NCBI RefSeq assembly: GCF_963921235.1
Contig: NC_086107.1
Coordinates: 107,820,001-107,884,000, forward strand
DNA: 64,000 nt
DNA from: Mobula hypostoma
Lineage: Eukaryota
Reading direction: 5' to 3'
The translations under genes were made by a program, and so were the position numbers. Below, one piece after another: positions 24,121 to 37,591 of this stretch. The first letter of the stretch is position 1. Each line of letters begins with the position of its first letter. The notes beneath the pieces are model-generated. The model had not been told where the DNA came from. It was given only the letters and a program-made list of their open reading frames with translations, and made no database searches.

Positions 24121-26618
24121 TATCGAATATGTAGTACTCTGCTGTGTACCACTGTGTATAAAGCAGTATGTATTATGTATACATCCACTTTACTGGTTTT
24201 AGCACTCTAAGTACTCAATCTAATGTGATATAATGGATATACCAATGGAATGCTGTTCTGTTGTTTGGTCAATTCGAACACTGGCCCAGATAGACTGAAA
24301 AGACCAGGTGTCTGGATCTGAGATGATAGCCGACCTTGCCCGCTCTCCGCGATGGTCACTCCTCCCTCCATGGTGCTGAGGCTATGAAGGCTGCCCCGGC
24401 TGCTGTGCTCTATACCCACTAATATGATGAATTTATAAGCGAGGCTTTGGGCCTACTCCGGGCTTCGGATCTAAGGACTCAAATTGGTTCGGAATGTTGT
24501 TGTTTGCATGATTTGTGTTTTTTTTTTGGATCTTTCCCTTGTGCATTGGGTGTTGGTCTTTTTTTTTCTTTAATTAGGTTCTTTCAGGTTTCTTGCTTTG
24601 TGGCTATCTGTAAGCAAACAAATCTCAAGGTTGTATAATTTATATCTTCTCTGATAATAAATGAACGTTGAATCTTGAATACGCAGTATAACATGATTTG
24701 AATAATATAAAGTGATGAATATAATAATATAGTGAATCATAAGTAAAGTATAAAGTATAAAAGTATAACATATAATGAATATTAAAATACAATATGACCC
24801 AATGTGTTACTAAGGTAGTATAGATGTGTGCAGACAGGGAAGTGGGTAATGAGGTACCTGTTACTTTGACCAGTGGTGTGAGCAATGGATATGTGTGGAA
24901 TCAGCGACTCTATGGTTGCCAAGCCCTGCATCCTCTGTGCTTGGCTCAGTGTGATGTGATAATGGGACTGTCATTTATGTAATTCCATAACTGGCTTTAT
25001 TTGAGTAGGAGGCAGCACACAAGGCAGCTTTATTCAGAAAGTGTCTCACTATTCATGAGCAATAAGACAGGGCTGACTGTGGTGGCTGTCCTCTTGTACT
25101 GCTTTGTACGTTCCTTTCTTCATTTTGTAAGGAAATAACCTTTTAAACATGCTGACCTATGACCTTTCTGAATTGCAGAGCGTTTGAGTGTGGTTCAGCA
25201 GCTGCGCGACCTTGACAGCCTTCCCAGTGTTGAGTCGAATGAATCCCATCTTTGTGTTCCCACTTGTTTTGGTTCCTGCGTCAGGATGGCAGGTTGCTGG
25301 CATAGACTGGGATGTGTTTGAGGCGCCTGAAAGGGAATTCCTTGTTTAACAAGTGTTAAGAGGGGAGAAAAATGGTAGGGAAGGCAGATTTTTTTTCCTA
25401 TTTAACCTTAAGGGTGTTGTTGAAGATTTACTATTAGCCATGGCTTTGATCGCAACCATCTCGGGCCAAAAGAACCTTTGCTGACCCCTTAACATGAGAC
25501 AATGAGGATTAAAATGAGGAGAAGTCATCTTTTTCCAAGGGTCTGAATCTTTAAAATTACCTACTTCAGAGGCTGTGGGCTTATTGAAGACTGGGGCTGA
25601 CAGCTTATTGGATGCTAAGAAACCATGAGGATTGGGATAAGTAAAAGAAAATCTGCAGATGCTGGAAATCCAAGCAACAGACACAAAACGCTGGAGGATC
25701 TCAGCAGACCACACAGCATCTTTAATAGTCCAATCACAAGCAAAAGAAAATCTGCAGATAGTAGTCCAATCACAAGCTAGATGCTGCCTGTCCTGCTGAG
25801 TTCCTCCAGCATTTTGTGTGGGGATTTGGATGTTTGAACTTAAGAGACCTTACTGTTTGGTGAGCAGCCTGAAAAGGCCGAAGGGCTCCTTTCTGATCCA
25901 GTCCCGATGAAGGGTCTTGGCCCAAGATGTCAACTATTTACTCTTTTCCATAGATGCTGCCTGGGCCTGCTGAGTTCCTCCAGCATTTTTCCTGTGTTGC
26001 TTTGGATTTCCAGCATCTACAGATTTTCTCACGTTTGCTCCTTTCTGATTCTGTTCCTCAAGTTCTTCTGTGTAGCTGGAAGTTACTGGGATACGTCAAT
26101 AAACCAGCCATACCTAATTCTTTACCTGTTAGAGATCTGGACTACAATGAGAGGTTACCCGCAAAACTTTACATACTAATAATGGACAAGACCATGCATT
26201 CTCTTTCAATATCTCCCAGCCTCTAATGGAAATCTGTTCTCCACATCATTGTTATCGTGGGAGCAGGCTTTTTGGCCCATCTTCCCTGTGTCAGTGGGCC
26301 TTCTCCCAATTTCTCCTCTCCCCATTACATTTTCTTTCCATTCCATTCCTTTCCTCCTTGAATGTTCGTCCAGCTTCCCCTTAAGCAGGACTTCTCCCGC
26401 GCACATGGCTACCCGGAGCACAGCGGCTCAGCTGCTAAAGGTGCTCTGCACAGCTCCAGTGGCCTGAGGTCAACCCTGAAATCCAGCGCTGTCTGTGTGA
26501 AGTTTGCACGTTCACGCTGTGACTGCCTGGGTTTCTCCCAAGTGCTTCATGTTTCCTCTCACAACCCAGAAAAGTGAGGATTGGTAGGTTAGTTAGTCGA
26601 TGTAGTTTGCCCCTAATG

Positions 26619-26699
26619 CAGGGGTTCCCAACCTTTTTTGATGCCATGGTCCCCTACCATTAACTGAGGGGTCTGTGGAACCCTGGTTAGGAAGCCCTG
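26619..26699. mobile_element. ~80-bp hAT MITE
   Basis: CAGGGGTTCCCAACC / GGTTAGGAAGCCCTG ends, 8-bp TSD CCCTAATG/CCCTACTG. Other copies at ~16240-16315, 46744-46824, 51700-51780, 52850-52930. Confidence 0.85.
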
Positions 26700-26747
26700 C
26701 CCTACTGTCTAGATGAGCTGTAGAACCCATGAGGAGTTGAGAAGGAA

Positions 26748-26967
26748 CACTCACAACACGCTGGAGGAACTCAGCAGGTCGGGCAGCATCCATGGAAAAG
26801 ATCGGTCGACGTTTCGGGCCGGAACCCTTTGTCAGGGCTGTAGAGCGAAGGGTTCCGGCCTGAAATGTCGACCAATTTTTTCCACGGGTGCTGCCCGATC
26901 TGCTGAGTTCCTCCAGCGTGTTGTGAGTGTTGCTTTGACCCCAGCAGCTGCAGTTTATTTTGTGTTT
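26748..26967. mobile_element. Palindromic Penelope-derived element
   Basis: Inverted arms at ~26746-26830 and ~26849-26931. Direct repeat AGGAGTTGAGAAGGAA at 26732-26747 and 26968-26983. Confidence 0.85.
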
Positions 26968-26984
26968 AGGAGTTGAGAAGGAAT

Positions 26985-27695
26985 TGAATCAGGTTTCATG
27001 TTTCTGGGATATGTCTGATATTTGTCTTTGTGGCAGCAATACATAATAATAGAGAAAAAAAGACCCTGAATTACAGTAAGTAGTTAAATAAGTAGTGTAA
27101 GAATAAAATATTTTAAATAGTAGTGAGGTAGTGTTCATGGGTTCAATGTCCATTCAGAAATCGGATGGCATTGGGAAAGAAGCCTTTCGTGAAATCGTTG
27201 AGTGTGTGCCTTCAGGCTCCTCTACTTCCTTCCTGGTGGTAAGAATGAGAAGGCACGTTCTGGATGTGGGTCCTTAATGATGGATGCCGCCTTTTCGAGT
27301 CATTGCTCCGTGAAGATGTCTTGGATACTACAGAGGCTAGTGCCCATGGTGGAGTTTATACATCTCTGCGAATTATTTCGATCCTGTGCAGTAGCCCCAC
27401 TCCCTTCCCCATACCAGATGGTGGTGAAACCAGTTAGAATGCTCTCCACGGTACACGTGTAGAAATTTGCAAGTGTCTTTGGTGACATAGCAAATCTCCT
27501 CAAACTCTGAATGAGACATGGCTGCTGTTGTGCCTTCTTTGTAGCTGCATCGATATTCTGGGCCCAAGATAGATCCTCAGAGATGTTGACGCCAGGATCT
27601 TGAAATTGCTCACTCTTTCCACTTCTAATCCCTCTATGAGGACTGATGTGTGCTCGCTCGTTTTACCTTTTCTGAAGACCACAGTCAGTTCTTTG
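26985..27695 (-). mobile_element. Rex1/Babar-type LINE 3' fragment
   Basis: PKTLANFYTCTVESILTGFTTIWYG. Confidence 0.85.
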
Positions 27696-27775
27696 AGAAT
27701 AGATGGTGAAAATTAATGGGGAATGGGAATATTGGCATCGACTCAATGGGCTGAAATGACTTCTTTTTATATTAG

Positions 27776-28448
27776 GTTAGATTATGAGAACACTCAGCCC
27801 TCTTTTATTGTCATTTAGAAATGCACACATGCATTGAGAAATGATACAATGTTTCTCCGGAGTGATATCACAGAAAACAGGACAAACCAAAGACTAACAC
27901 TGACAGAACCACATAATTATAACATATAGTTACAGCAGTGCAAAGCAATACCATAATTTGATGAAGAACAAACCATGGGCACGGTAAAAAAGTCTCAAAA
28001 GTCCCTGAGTCGATCAACTCCCGAGTCCCCGATAGCAGATGGCAAAAGGGAGAAACTCCCTGCCATAAACTTCCAGGCACCGTCAACTTGCCGATGCCTT
28101 GGAAGCAGCTGACCCCGAGTCCATCCGTCCGAAAACTTCGAGCCTCCGACCAGCCTCTCCGATACAGCCTCCCGAGCGCCATCCTCTGCTGAGTGCCTTC
28201 GACCTCGCCCCGGCCGCTGAAACACGCAAAGCCGAGGATTTCGGGGCTTTCTGCTCCGGAGATTCCGGTTACCACACAGTAGCAGCGACAGCGAAGCGGG
28301 CATTTCAGAAGTTTTCCAGATGTTCCTCCGTACTCTCATATCCGTCTCCATCAAATCAGGATTGTGCACGGTCCCCTACTTGACAGATAACAGACATCAC
28401 CACCGAAGTGGCCACGTGCGCTGCCGTCGCACTGCCATCTTCTCCTCC
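27776..28448 (-). mobile_element. ~670-bp non-coding retroelement (AAGATGGC head, TAATC-type tail)
   Basis: Homologous to 39500-40195, 41222-41864 and 42781-43400. Confidence 0.75.
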
Positions 28449-28639
28449 TTTGTAAGGAGATATGGAAGGAAAACAATCCCCGTGGGAGTAAGTTCCATTA
28501 AATGTTCCTTACCGGGATTATTAGTGTCTATTTTTATTTAACCCCACCCTTTCTGATGTTGTCCATGCAAAATTATCCTCTTTAATTACTTTTGAGGTCT
28601 TAAGGATATCTGGTCATATATCAAAGGCAGAAGAGATTC

Positions 28640-29830
28640 TGCAGGTTCAGGAGATCTTGAGCAACAGATACAAATAAATGCTGAGGGTACTCAGCAAGTC
28701 AGGTGGCATTCATGAAGGGAAATAAGCAGTCAATCATGTTGGCCAAGGTCATTCATCAGGACTGGAAAGGAAGGGGGTAGAAGGTGGGGAGGGGGAAATT
28801 GGGTGAGGGAAGGAGGAATGATGTGAGAAGGTGAGAGGTGATAGGTGAAAGGGGTAAAGCGCTGAAGAAGAAGGAATCTAATAGAGGAGAGTGGATCATG
28901 GGAGAAAGGGGAGGGGCAAACCAGAGGGAGGTGATGGGCCGACATTGAGGGTGGAAAGAAAAGGGGCAAGAGGGCCTCAGACTGAGAGAAAACATATAAG
29001 AGTATCTAAGATTTGGGGTGAGACTAAGACTTTCTTATTTGGTAATAACTTATGCTACTTTAGTTTACATTATCTGTGGCCTTACTTCAAATGTTTGCTG
29101 TATCTTTTCCCCTTCATTCATTTGCTCATCAACCCCAGTAACATTCTTATAAAGCACTGTTGAGGCCTCACTTGGAGTATTGTGAGCAGTTTTGGGCCTT
29201 TTATCTTAGAAAGGATGTGCTGAAAAGGAGATTCATGAAAATGATTCCAGGATTTAAGAGCTTGTCATATGAAAAGCATTTGATGGTTCTGGGCTTGTAT
29301 TCAGAAGAACGAGGGGTGACCTAATTGAAATTTATCGAATGGTGAATGGCCTTGATAGAGTGGATGTGGAGAGGATGTTTTCTATGGTGGACGTGTCTTA
29401 AGACCATAGGACATACCCTCAGACTAGAGGGGCAACCGTTTAGAACAGAGATGAGGAGAAATTTCTTAAGCCAGAGAGTAGTGAATCTGTGGAAGCTAAG
29501 TATTTAGGTATATTTAAGGCAGAGTTTGATAAATTCTTGATTGGTCAGGGCATGAAGACATACCAGGGGAAGGCAGGAGATTGGGACTGAGGAAAAATAG
29601 ATCAGCCATGATGAAATGGTGGAGCAGACTCGATGGGCCAAATGGCCTAATTCTGCTCCGATATCTTATGGTCTATTGGAATAGGAATGGGGATAGGAAT
29701 GAAAGTGGTTGGCCCATGGGAAACCCTACTTGTTGCGGACTAAGCAAAGGTGCTTGACAAAGCGGACCCTGAATCAATGTCAGGCCTCACCGATGTAGAG
29801 GAGGCCGCATCTGGATCACCGGCTGCAATT
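28640..29830 (-). mobile_element. Penelope-type 3' region interrupted by a plus-strand CR1 fragment (29135-29675)
   Basis: GIY-YIG remnant at ~29680-29830. Pyrimidine-rich UTR and decayed hammerhead (ccagtcctgatga) at ~28730-28765. Confidence 0.65.
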
Positions 29831-30199
29831 CATCCAGTCTTCCTTCTCCTAGTTCTATCCCTGCAAAGCCTTTTGGAAAGTATAACTTCACGGGCCAGTT
29901 GAATGTTCAGTCCAAGTTGGCTACATCAGTTCTCAGTGAAACACTAAACACTTGACGAGTGAGGCTACGATTGTGGAGCTACCAAGGATGGTGAGTTCCT
30001 CAGGAATAGATACACTTTAGCCCAAAAAGAAAAATGACCATCGTTTACATTTTCAGTCACTTTAGATCAGTAAGAGTTTGAATTTCTGAATCATTGAAGT
30101 AGAAATGATCAGTATTCACATTTCCAAATGTGAGGAGATTTATCTCCCGTTCTAAATGAAGGCGCTAGATGGACAACATTCAACACCACTTGCATTAAC

Positions 30200-31670
30200 A
30201 CTACCCATCCAACACATTATCCTCCACAACTTCTGCCATCTCCAGAGGGATACTACCACCAGATATACCTTCACCACCCAATCCAACACACCATCTTCCG
30301 CAACTTGCGCCATCGCCAAAGGAATCCTACTATCAAACATATCTTCACCACCCCATCTCTTCCACTCTCTCTGCTTTCTGCACAGATTGCTCCCTAGGTG
30401 GCCCCTTTCTCCATTCGTCCCTCCCCACTAATCTCCCTCCCGACACTTAACCCCGCAAGTGGCCAAAGCGCCACGCCTGCCCACCCACCTCCTCCCTCAC
30501 CTCCATTCAGGGCCTCAAACAGTCCTTCCAGTTGAGGCAACACTTCCCCTGTGAATCTGCTGGGGTCGTCTATAGTGTCCGGTGCTCCCGATGAGGCCTC
30601 CTTTACACCGGTGCGACCCACCGTAAATTGGGGTCCACTTCGCCGAGCACCTCCGCTCCATCTGCCAAAAGCAGAACTTCTGTTGATGCAATGCCTCCTC
30701 TTGTGCCAAGATAAGGCCACTCTCAGGGTGGAGGAACAACTCCTTATATTCCATCTGGCCTGATGGCATGAATATCGATTTCTTCTTCCAGTAAAACAAA
30801 ATCCCTCCCCTTTCCTTTCTATTACCAACTTTGGCCTCTTACCTCTTCTCAGTCAGTGGTGGCCAGTGCGATCATGTTTGCTGTTGTGTGCTGGGGCAGC
30901 AGGCTGAGGGTAGCAGACACCAACAGGATCAACAAACTCATTCGTAAGGCCAGTGATGTTGTGGGGATGGAACTAGACTCTCTGACGGTGGTGTCTGAAA
31001 AGAGGATGCTGTCCAAGTTGCACGCCATCTTGGACAATGTCTCCCATCCACTACATAATGTACTGTGTGGGCACAGGAGTACATTCAGCCAGAGACTCAT
31101 TCCACCGAGATGCAGCACAGCATCATAGGAAGTCATTCCTGCCTGTGGCCATCAAACTTTACAACTCCTCCCTTGGAGGGTCAGACACCCTGAGCCAATA
31201 GGCTGGTCCTGGACTTATTTCCTGACATAACTTACATATTATTATTTAATTATTTATGGTTTTATATTGCTATATTTATACTCTATTCTTGGTTGGTGCA
31301 ACTGTAACGAAACCCAATTTCCCTCAGGATCCATAAAGTATGGCTATGACTATGACTATCACCACCCCTGGGTCCCCCCTCCCTTTCTCCTATGATCCAT
31401 TCTCCTCTCCTATTAGGTTCCTTCCTCTACAGCCCTTTATCTTTCTTACCCACCTGGCTTTGCTCATCACTTTCTACCTATCCTCCTTTCCCTCCCTCAC
31501 CTTTTTATTCTGCCATCTTCCCCCTTCCTTTCCAGTCCTGAAGAAGGCTATCAGTCCAAAACATTGACTGTTTATTAATTTCCATAAATTCTGCTTGACC
31601 TGCTGAGCTCCTCCAGCTTCTTGTATGTCTGTCTTTGGATTTCCAGCATCTGCAGACTGTCTTGATATTT
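30200..31670 (+). mobile_element. Penelope-like element 3' part (linker + GIY-YIG endonuclease + terminal repeat), split by a Rex1 insertion
   Basis: HIILHNFCHLQRD, VYSVRCSR*GLLYTG, TLRVEEQLLIFHL remnants. Decayed hammerhead at ~31533-31570. Confidence 0.75.
30850..31358 (+). mobile_element. Rex1 LINE 3' fragment
   Basis: VASAIMFAVVCWG...RINKLIRKAS...ILDNVSHPLH and a (tatgac)n tail. The same 3' end occurs at ~45925-46130(-). Confidence 0.85.
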
Positions 31671-32389
31671 TCACTAACTGTTCTACCTTACAGGCTTGTG
31701 TTCACATCCCAGGCCGGCAGACCCATAGTTGTCGGAAGGGAGTAGTACATATTTCGGAAAGATGTCAGTGAAATTGCACTGCACTATCTAATCAAAAAGA
31801 TATTACAATCATGGAAAGGCCCTACGGAAGAGAGCTTTATTGGGGGGGCATTTCTAAGGGAGTTCTATATGCAGAGGGACAGTACTGAGGGATTGTCTCA
31901 CTGTCAGAGGGACAGTACTGAGGGAGTGCTGCAGGTCCTGATGAAGGGTCACGGCCCAAAACATCAACTCTTTATTCCTTTCCATAGATACTGCCTGACC
32001 TGTTGAGTTCTTCCAGCATTTTGTGTGTGTTTGAGTGGCTATGAGGTAGTTTGGGATATCTTGGGGTTGTGAAAGGCACTATAGGAATTTCTTTTTTCTC
32101 TTCCAAGTGATAGGTGTTAACTGAACAGAAGAATGCTAATGGATTGACTCTCTTTGCGAAATTAAGTTTGCCATGAGGGGTGGAGCAGCATCCTTAAATT
32201 ATTTAATAGGAACCATTTAAAATTGCAAGAGATTTTGATAGAATACACAGGCAGTGTCCAGGAGTTGGTAGGGTCAGTAACCAGGCAACACAGAACTATG
32301 ATAATTGAAAACTTAGATTTTATAGTTCCTTTGGTATCCCTTTTAGAACATCCCACAGTAGTTAACGGTCAATGAAGTATTTGTCTCTG

Positions 32390-32800
32390 CTTAATGGAGT
32401 TTAGACGAATAGGCGGCGGGTGGGGGGATATCACTGAAACCTATCGAATATTGAAAGGTCTAGGTAGAGTGGACATGGAGAGGATGTTTCCTATAGTGGA
32501 GGAGTCTAGGACCACAGGGCACAGTCTCAGAACACAAGGGCATTCCTTCAGAACAGAGATGAGGAGGAATATCTTTAGCCGGAGGGTAGTGAATCTGTGG
32601 AATTCATTGGCACAGACGGCTGTGGACTCCAAGTCATCGGGTATACTTAAAGCAGAAGCTGATAGATTCTTGATTAGTAACGGCGTCAGGGGTTATGTGG
32701 AGAAGACAGGAGAATGTGATGAAATGGATAATATTTCAGCCATGATGGAATGGTGGAGCAGAGTCAATGGGCTGAATGGCCTAATTTTGCTGAATATCTT
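32390..32800 (+). mobile_element. CR1-type LINE 3' fragment
   Basis: ORF 32394-32837: ETYRILKGLGRVDMERMFP...VVNLWNSL. Confidence 0.85.
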
Positions 32801-34459
32801 ATGTTCCTCAAGCAGCACTGTGCTGCTGACCAAATGACCTGTTTTAGAAATGTGGATTGAAGGTTAATTATTAACCTCCATACAGTAGGAGAGAAATTTC
32901 CTGTTCTTATTCAAAATTAAAGCCATCCTTGAATTCCTCCCGGGAGACCAGATCTCTACTTAATATTACAGCTGAGAGTTAAATTAAGTTTTTTTTTATG
33001 AAGGCAATGAGTCATCATGATGTGGAATGCAAAATCCAAAAATGTCATGGTTTCATACTCCCTAGAATGTTCTAAAAACCATTGGGTAAATGCATTAACC
33101 AGAGATCACGCGATGGGTCTAACCGAATATTTTAAAAAATAGTTCCAAAGGTAATGGGCTGAATGGCTTCCACTTTGCATAATTCAGTGCTGCTGTCACT
33201 GGCAGATAGCCAGTCTTGGATAATAACACAAAATCGACAATTGTGAGCTGCCTGCCAGACCTACAATACAATGAAGCCCAAAGCATCGACTGTTTACTCC
33301 CTCCATATATGCTACCCGACCTGCTGTGTTCCTCCAGCACATATATGTGTTGCGTGTGTTGATCAAGATTTCCAGCATCTGCAGAATCTCCTGTGCTTAT
33401 GAGCCAAATTTACACCAGTTCTAAATATGACTTCTGAATTTGAAGAAGTCGCTGAGATTTTTTTTCAGGGTGATTATCAGATAAATAACTGCTAATTGTT
33501 TATGGTGCCTTGCTGTACTCAAATTGGCACATTTTCCTGCAGTTCCAACAGAGTGCCTCCCCAAAGGAGTATCACACGGGCATCCTCAAAGCATCTCTGA
33601 GGAAGTTTGAATTGGCACTGAAAGTTTGGGGAGGTTTAGCACTGAGGAAACCATACTATGGCAACATCTAAATGAGTGAGCCTTTCACTTCAAAGATATT
33701 TGCATCTCTCAGCCAGCCAATAAAGAGAGAAGAGAAAGCAAAGAGAGAGAAGACGGTGGTAAACAGGTATAGGTCTTCTTCCCTTGACCGTTGTGGAGTA
33801 AAATATGCATCAGGTTTGTGCTTTGAAGATTTGCCTCGGAAGCTACCATAGAGCCCACAACCATCAGGTTTCTGAACCAGTGTGGATAACTTCACTCACC
33901 TCAACACTGAACTGATCACTGAACACACTTTCAAAGGCTCTATAACCCATATTCTCAGTATTGTTTGTTTGTTTGCCTATTAGTGAATTAATTTTGCCTG
34001 CTTTTGCACACTGGTTCCCTGTCAGTCTTTGTGTGCGGTTTTTCATGAATTCTATTGTATTTCTTTGTTCTACTGCGGACGCTTGCAAGAAAATGAACCT
34101 CAGGGTAGTACAAGATGACATATACACACTTTGATAATAAATTTACTTTGAACTTTGAACTTGGGAACAAGCTAGCCAGAAACTGAAGAAAGATGATATT
34201 CCTTATCTCTGGCAGTTCAGCTAGAATAAGACACTTTGTAAGGAATTTATTGACTCTAATATGCTTTGGGACGTCTTGGAGTTATGAAAGGCAATACTTG
34301 TAGTACTTCATTCTTTCATACTTTTCATGTTTAGCCCTTTACTGTGTGACTGAACTCCCTTTAGTTATAAAGGGAAATGTAATCATCTTGAAGTCCTATC
34401 TCTGACAAGAATAGATGAAGCTCCCTTAACCTTTCTTTCCACTGGAACTTTAAGAGCTT

Positions 34460-35330
34460 CATGACACCAAGATTGAGAGCATAGTGGATATTGAGGAAAG
34501 GTATCAATACTTACAGCAGGATCTGGACTACCTGGAAAGATGGGATGAAAAATGACAGATGGAATTTAACGCAGACATGGGTGGGGTGTTGTACTTTGGG
34601 AGAACAAAGTAGGGTAAGACTTATGCAATTAATAGTAGGGCACTGAGGAGTGCCGTAGAACAGAGGGATCTGGGAATACAGATCCATAATTCCTTGAAAG
34701 TGGTGTCATAGGTAGATAGGGTTGGAAAGAGCTTTCAGCACATTGGTCTTCATACACAGAGTACGGCAGTTGGGATGTTGTGTTGAAGTTGTATAAAACA
34801 TCGGTGAGGCCACATTTGAGGTATTGTCTGCAATTTTGGTCAGTTATCTGTGGGGAAGATGTCAATAAGATTGAAAGAGTACAGAGAAAATTTACAAGGA
34901 TGTTGCTGGGACTTGAGGACCTGAGGTATCGGGAAAGGCTGAATAGTTTACGACTTTATTCCCTGGAGTGCCGGAGAATGAGGGGATAGAGGTGCAATAT
35001 AAAAATTATGAATGGTATGGACAGGGTAAATGCAAGCAGGCTTTTTCCACTGAGCTTGGGTGGGACTAGAACTCGATGCCATGGGTTAAGGGTGAAAGGT
35101 GAAATGTTTAAGGGGAACATGGAGGGGGATCTTGTTCACTCAGAGTGTGGAACAAACCGCCGGTGGAAGTGGTGGAACCAGGTTCAATTTCAACACTTAA
35201 GGGATATTTGGATAGATACATAAATGAGAGGGGTATGGAGGGCTATGGAACAGGCGCAGGTTGATGGAACTGGATAAATTAATAGTTGGTCATGAACTAG
35301 ATGTACTGCAATGTTCCATGACTTTATGAC
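34460..35330 (+). mobile_element. CR1-type LINE 3' fragment
   Basis: LYKTSVRPHLRYCLQFWS...IERVQRKFTRM. Confidence 0.85.
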
Positions 35331-36370
35331 ACTAATTTAGCCTGCCATTCCTGTGCTGGCTCTTTAAACATCGTCTCCAATTAGAACCACTTTCATGAAA
35401 CTCTTAGCTTTCTGAATGGAAATAGATTTTATTTTCACTGTTCAGTCTGCTTCCACTAGTTTCTCAGGAATTGTATTCAATGCAACAGTTCACTGCTCAA
35501 AGAGAAACAATCCACTCATATCCCCTCTGGTTCCTTTATACGTTATGTTAAATCCTCTATTTTCCTTCATTGGATGCAGTCACTTCTAAGTTATGCTACC
35601 AAACCCTTTATGACTCTGAACAGCTCTATTAAATCTTCCTTAACCTTATAAGCCCAAATAACCAAGATCTTCCAGCCATGTCTTGGTGGATGGAATTGGA
35701 TAGTATAGATCTTAACTGAGAATTAGCCGGTGGAAGTCAACTGTCTGGGATTCTATTGTGTTGCTTTGTTCTGTGGCTGCCTGCAAGAAGATGAATCCCG
35801 AGGATGTGTATGGTATACTCACTTTGAAAGTAAATGCACTTCAAACTTTGAACTTTGAGATATTGGCAGAGCCTGCCTCTTCTCATAAAAACAAGAGATT
35901 CTGCAGAAGCTGGAAATCCAGAGCAACACACACCTATAGTTTCCTATAGTGGGAGAGTCTAAAACCGAAGAGCACAGCCTCAGAATACAAGGACGTTCCA
36001 CTAGAACAGAGATGAGGAGGAACTTCTTTAGCCTGGAAGTATTGAATCTGTGGAGGCTAAGTCATTGGGTATATATTTAAAGCGGAGGTTGATAGGATCT
36101 TGATTAGTAAGGGCATCAAAGGTTACAAGAAGAATGCAAGGGAATGGGGTTGGGAGGATAATAAATCAGCTATGATGGAATGGCAGAGCAGACTTGATGG
36201 GCGAATGGGCTAATTCTGCTCCTATGTCTTATGATCTTATCATCTAAAATGTTGGAGGAAGTCAGCAATTGACATTTCAGTTTGAGACCTCTCACCCGGA
36301 CTGAAAAAGAAGGAAAAGAAGATTTCCACTCCCTCCACATTCTTCTTCTGGCTCCTTTTCCATTTCTTTC

Positions 36371-36408
36371 CAGTCCTGATGAGGGGTCTTGATCCGAAAC
36401 CTCGACTG
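36371..36408 (+). ncRNA. Hammerhead ribozyme motif in a Penelope-type repeat
   Basis: CAGUC-CUGAUGA-G-GGGUC UU GAUCC-GAAA-CCUC^-GACUG. Stems I and II pair; the ACGU palindrome is lost. Confidence 0.55.
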
Positions 36409-37214
36409 TTTATTCCTCATCTTCAATAATAGACTCTGAAATCTTACCAACCACTGAAGTCAGGCTACCTGTCCTATAATTTCCTGTATTTTGCTTCATC
36501 CTTTCCTAAAGAGTGGAGTAACATTTGCGTAAAGTGCTCTGGAACCATTCTTGACCCTAGTGATTCTTGAAAGGTGAAAGCCTCTACAATCTCTTCAACT
36601 ACCTCTTTCAGAACTTAGGAGTGTGTAGTTCATCTAATCTAAGTGACTGATCCACCTGCAGACCATTTAGCTTCCCAAGCGCCTTCTACTTAGCAATACC
36701 AGCTTCTGCCCTCTGACTCTCTCAAAGTCCTGCCATGCTGCCGGTGTCTTCCACAGTGAAATTCTCTGATGGGAGTCAGGTCATGTCTGTGAGAAGAGGA
36801 ACAGAGTCGATATTTCAAGTTGAAGACCCTCTGAAAAAGGGGCTTGAAGGGCCCAAAGTCCTTCAGTCTGAACCATTTCTCTCTCTGCAGATGTGGCATG
36901 GCCTGCTGAGTATTTCAAGCATTTTCTGTTTTTGTTTTGGATTTCCAACATCTGGAGTTATTTTGATATTCTCCGAAAGAAGCGTTCAAAATCATGGTGT
37001 GTTTCCTGTGTCACTGCGGTTGGAAAAGGGGGAAAGAAACATTAGGAATTTAACAAAAAAAAAAGAGGAGGTTGATAAGGCATCTTGTTTTGTACAGCAA
37101 GATTTGAAGCACACTGCCTAAAAGAGCAGTGGAAGTAGATTTGATAAAAATACACTCATCATCATCAAATGCCTGTTACACCACTAGCGTTCAGGGCAGT
37201 AATGAAGGGGAAAA

Positions 37215-37591
37215 TACGTTGGATTCTGGTTGATTGGGACACATTGGGAGCAGTACATTTTGGCCCAATTAAGCAGCTGCCCCCATTAGCTGAAGTTTTA
37301 TGGAAATAGTTAAAAAGGTATAAAAACATAAACTAATTGAGTAACCAATTATGTATTTAAATGAAATACAGAACAAGTTAGAACACTACCAATACAACGA
37401 CACTACTGTAAAATTGTGTATTGGTTCCTAATAGTTATCGGCATAGGAACTGTATGTTGCCGTATTCTTTTGATTGACTGTAAATGAGCAAAATCAGCAT
37501 AGACACCTAGTGCAGATAATGGACTTTAAGAGTTGTCCCAAATAAGAGGCTTCCCTGATTAACCGATTGCCCAATTAACTGGAATCTACTG
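37215..37591. mobile_element. Tigger/pogo-like MITE
   Basis: Inverted ends ggattctggttgattggg / cccaattaactggaatctactg followed by TA. Confidence 0.6.
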
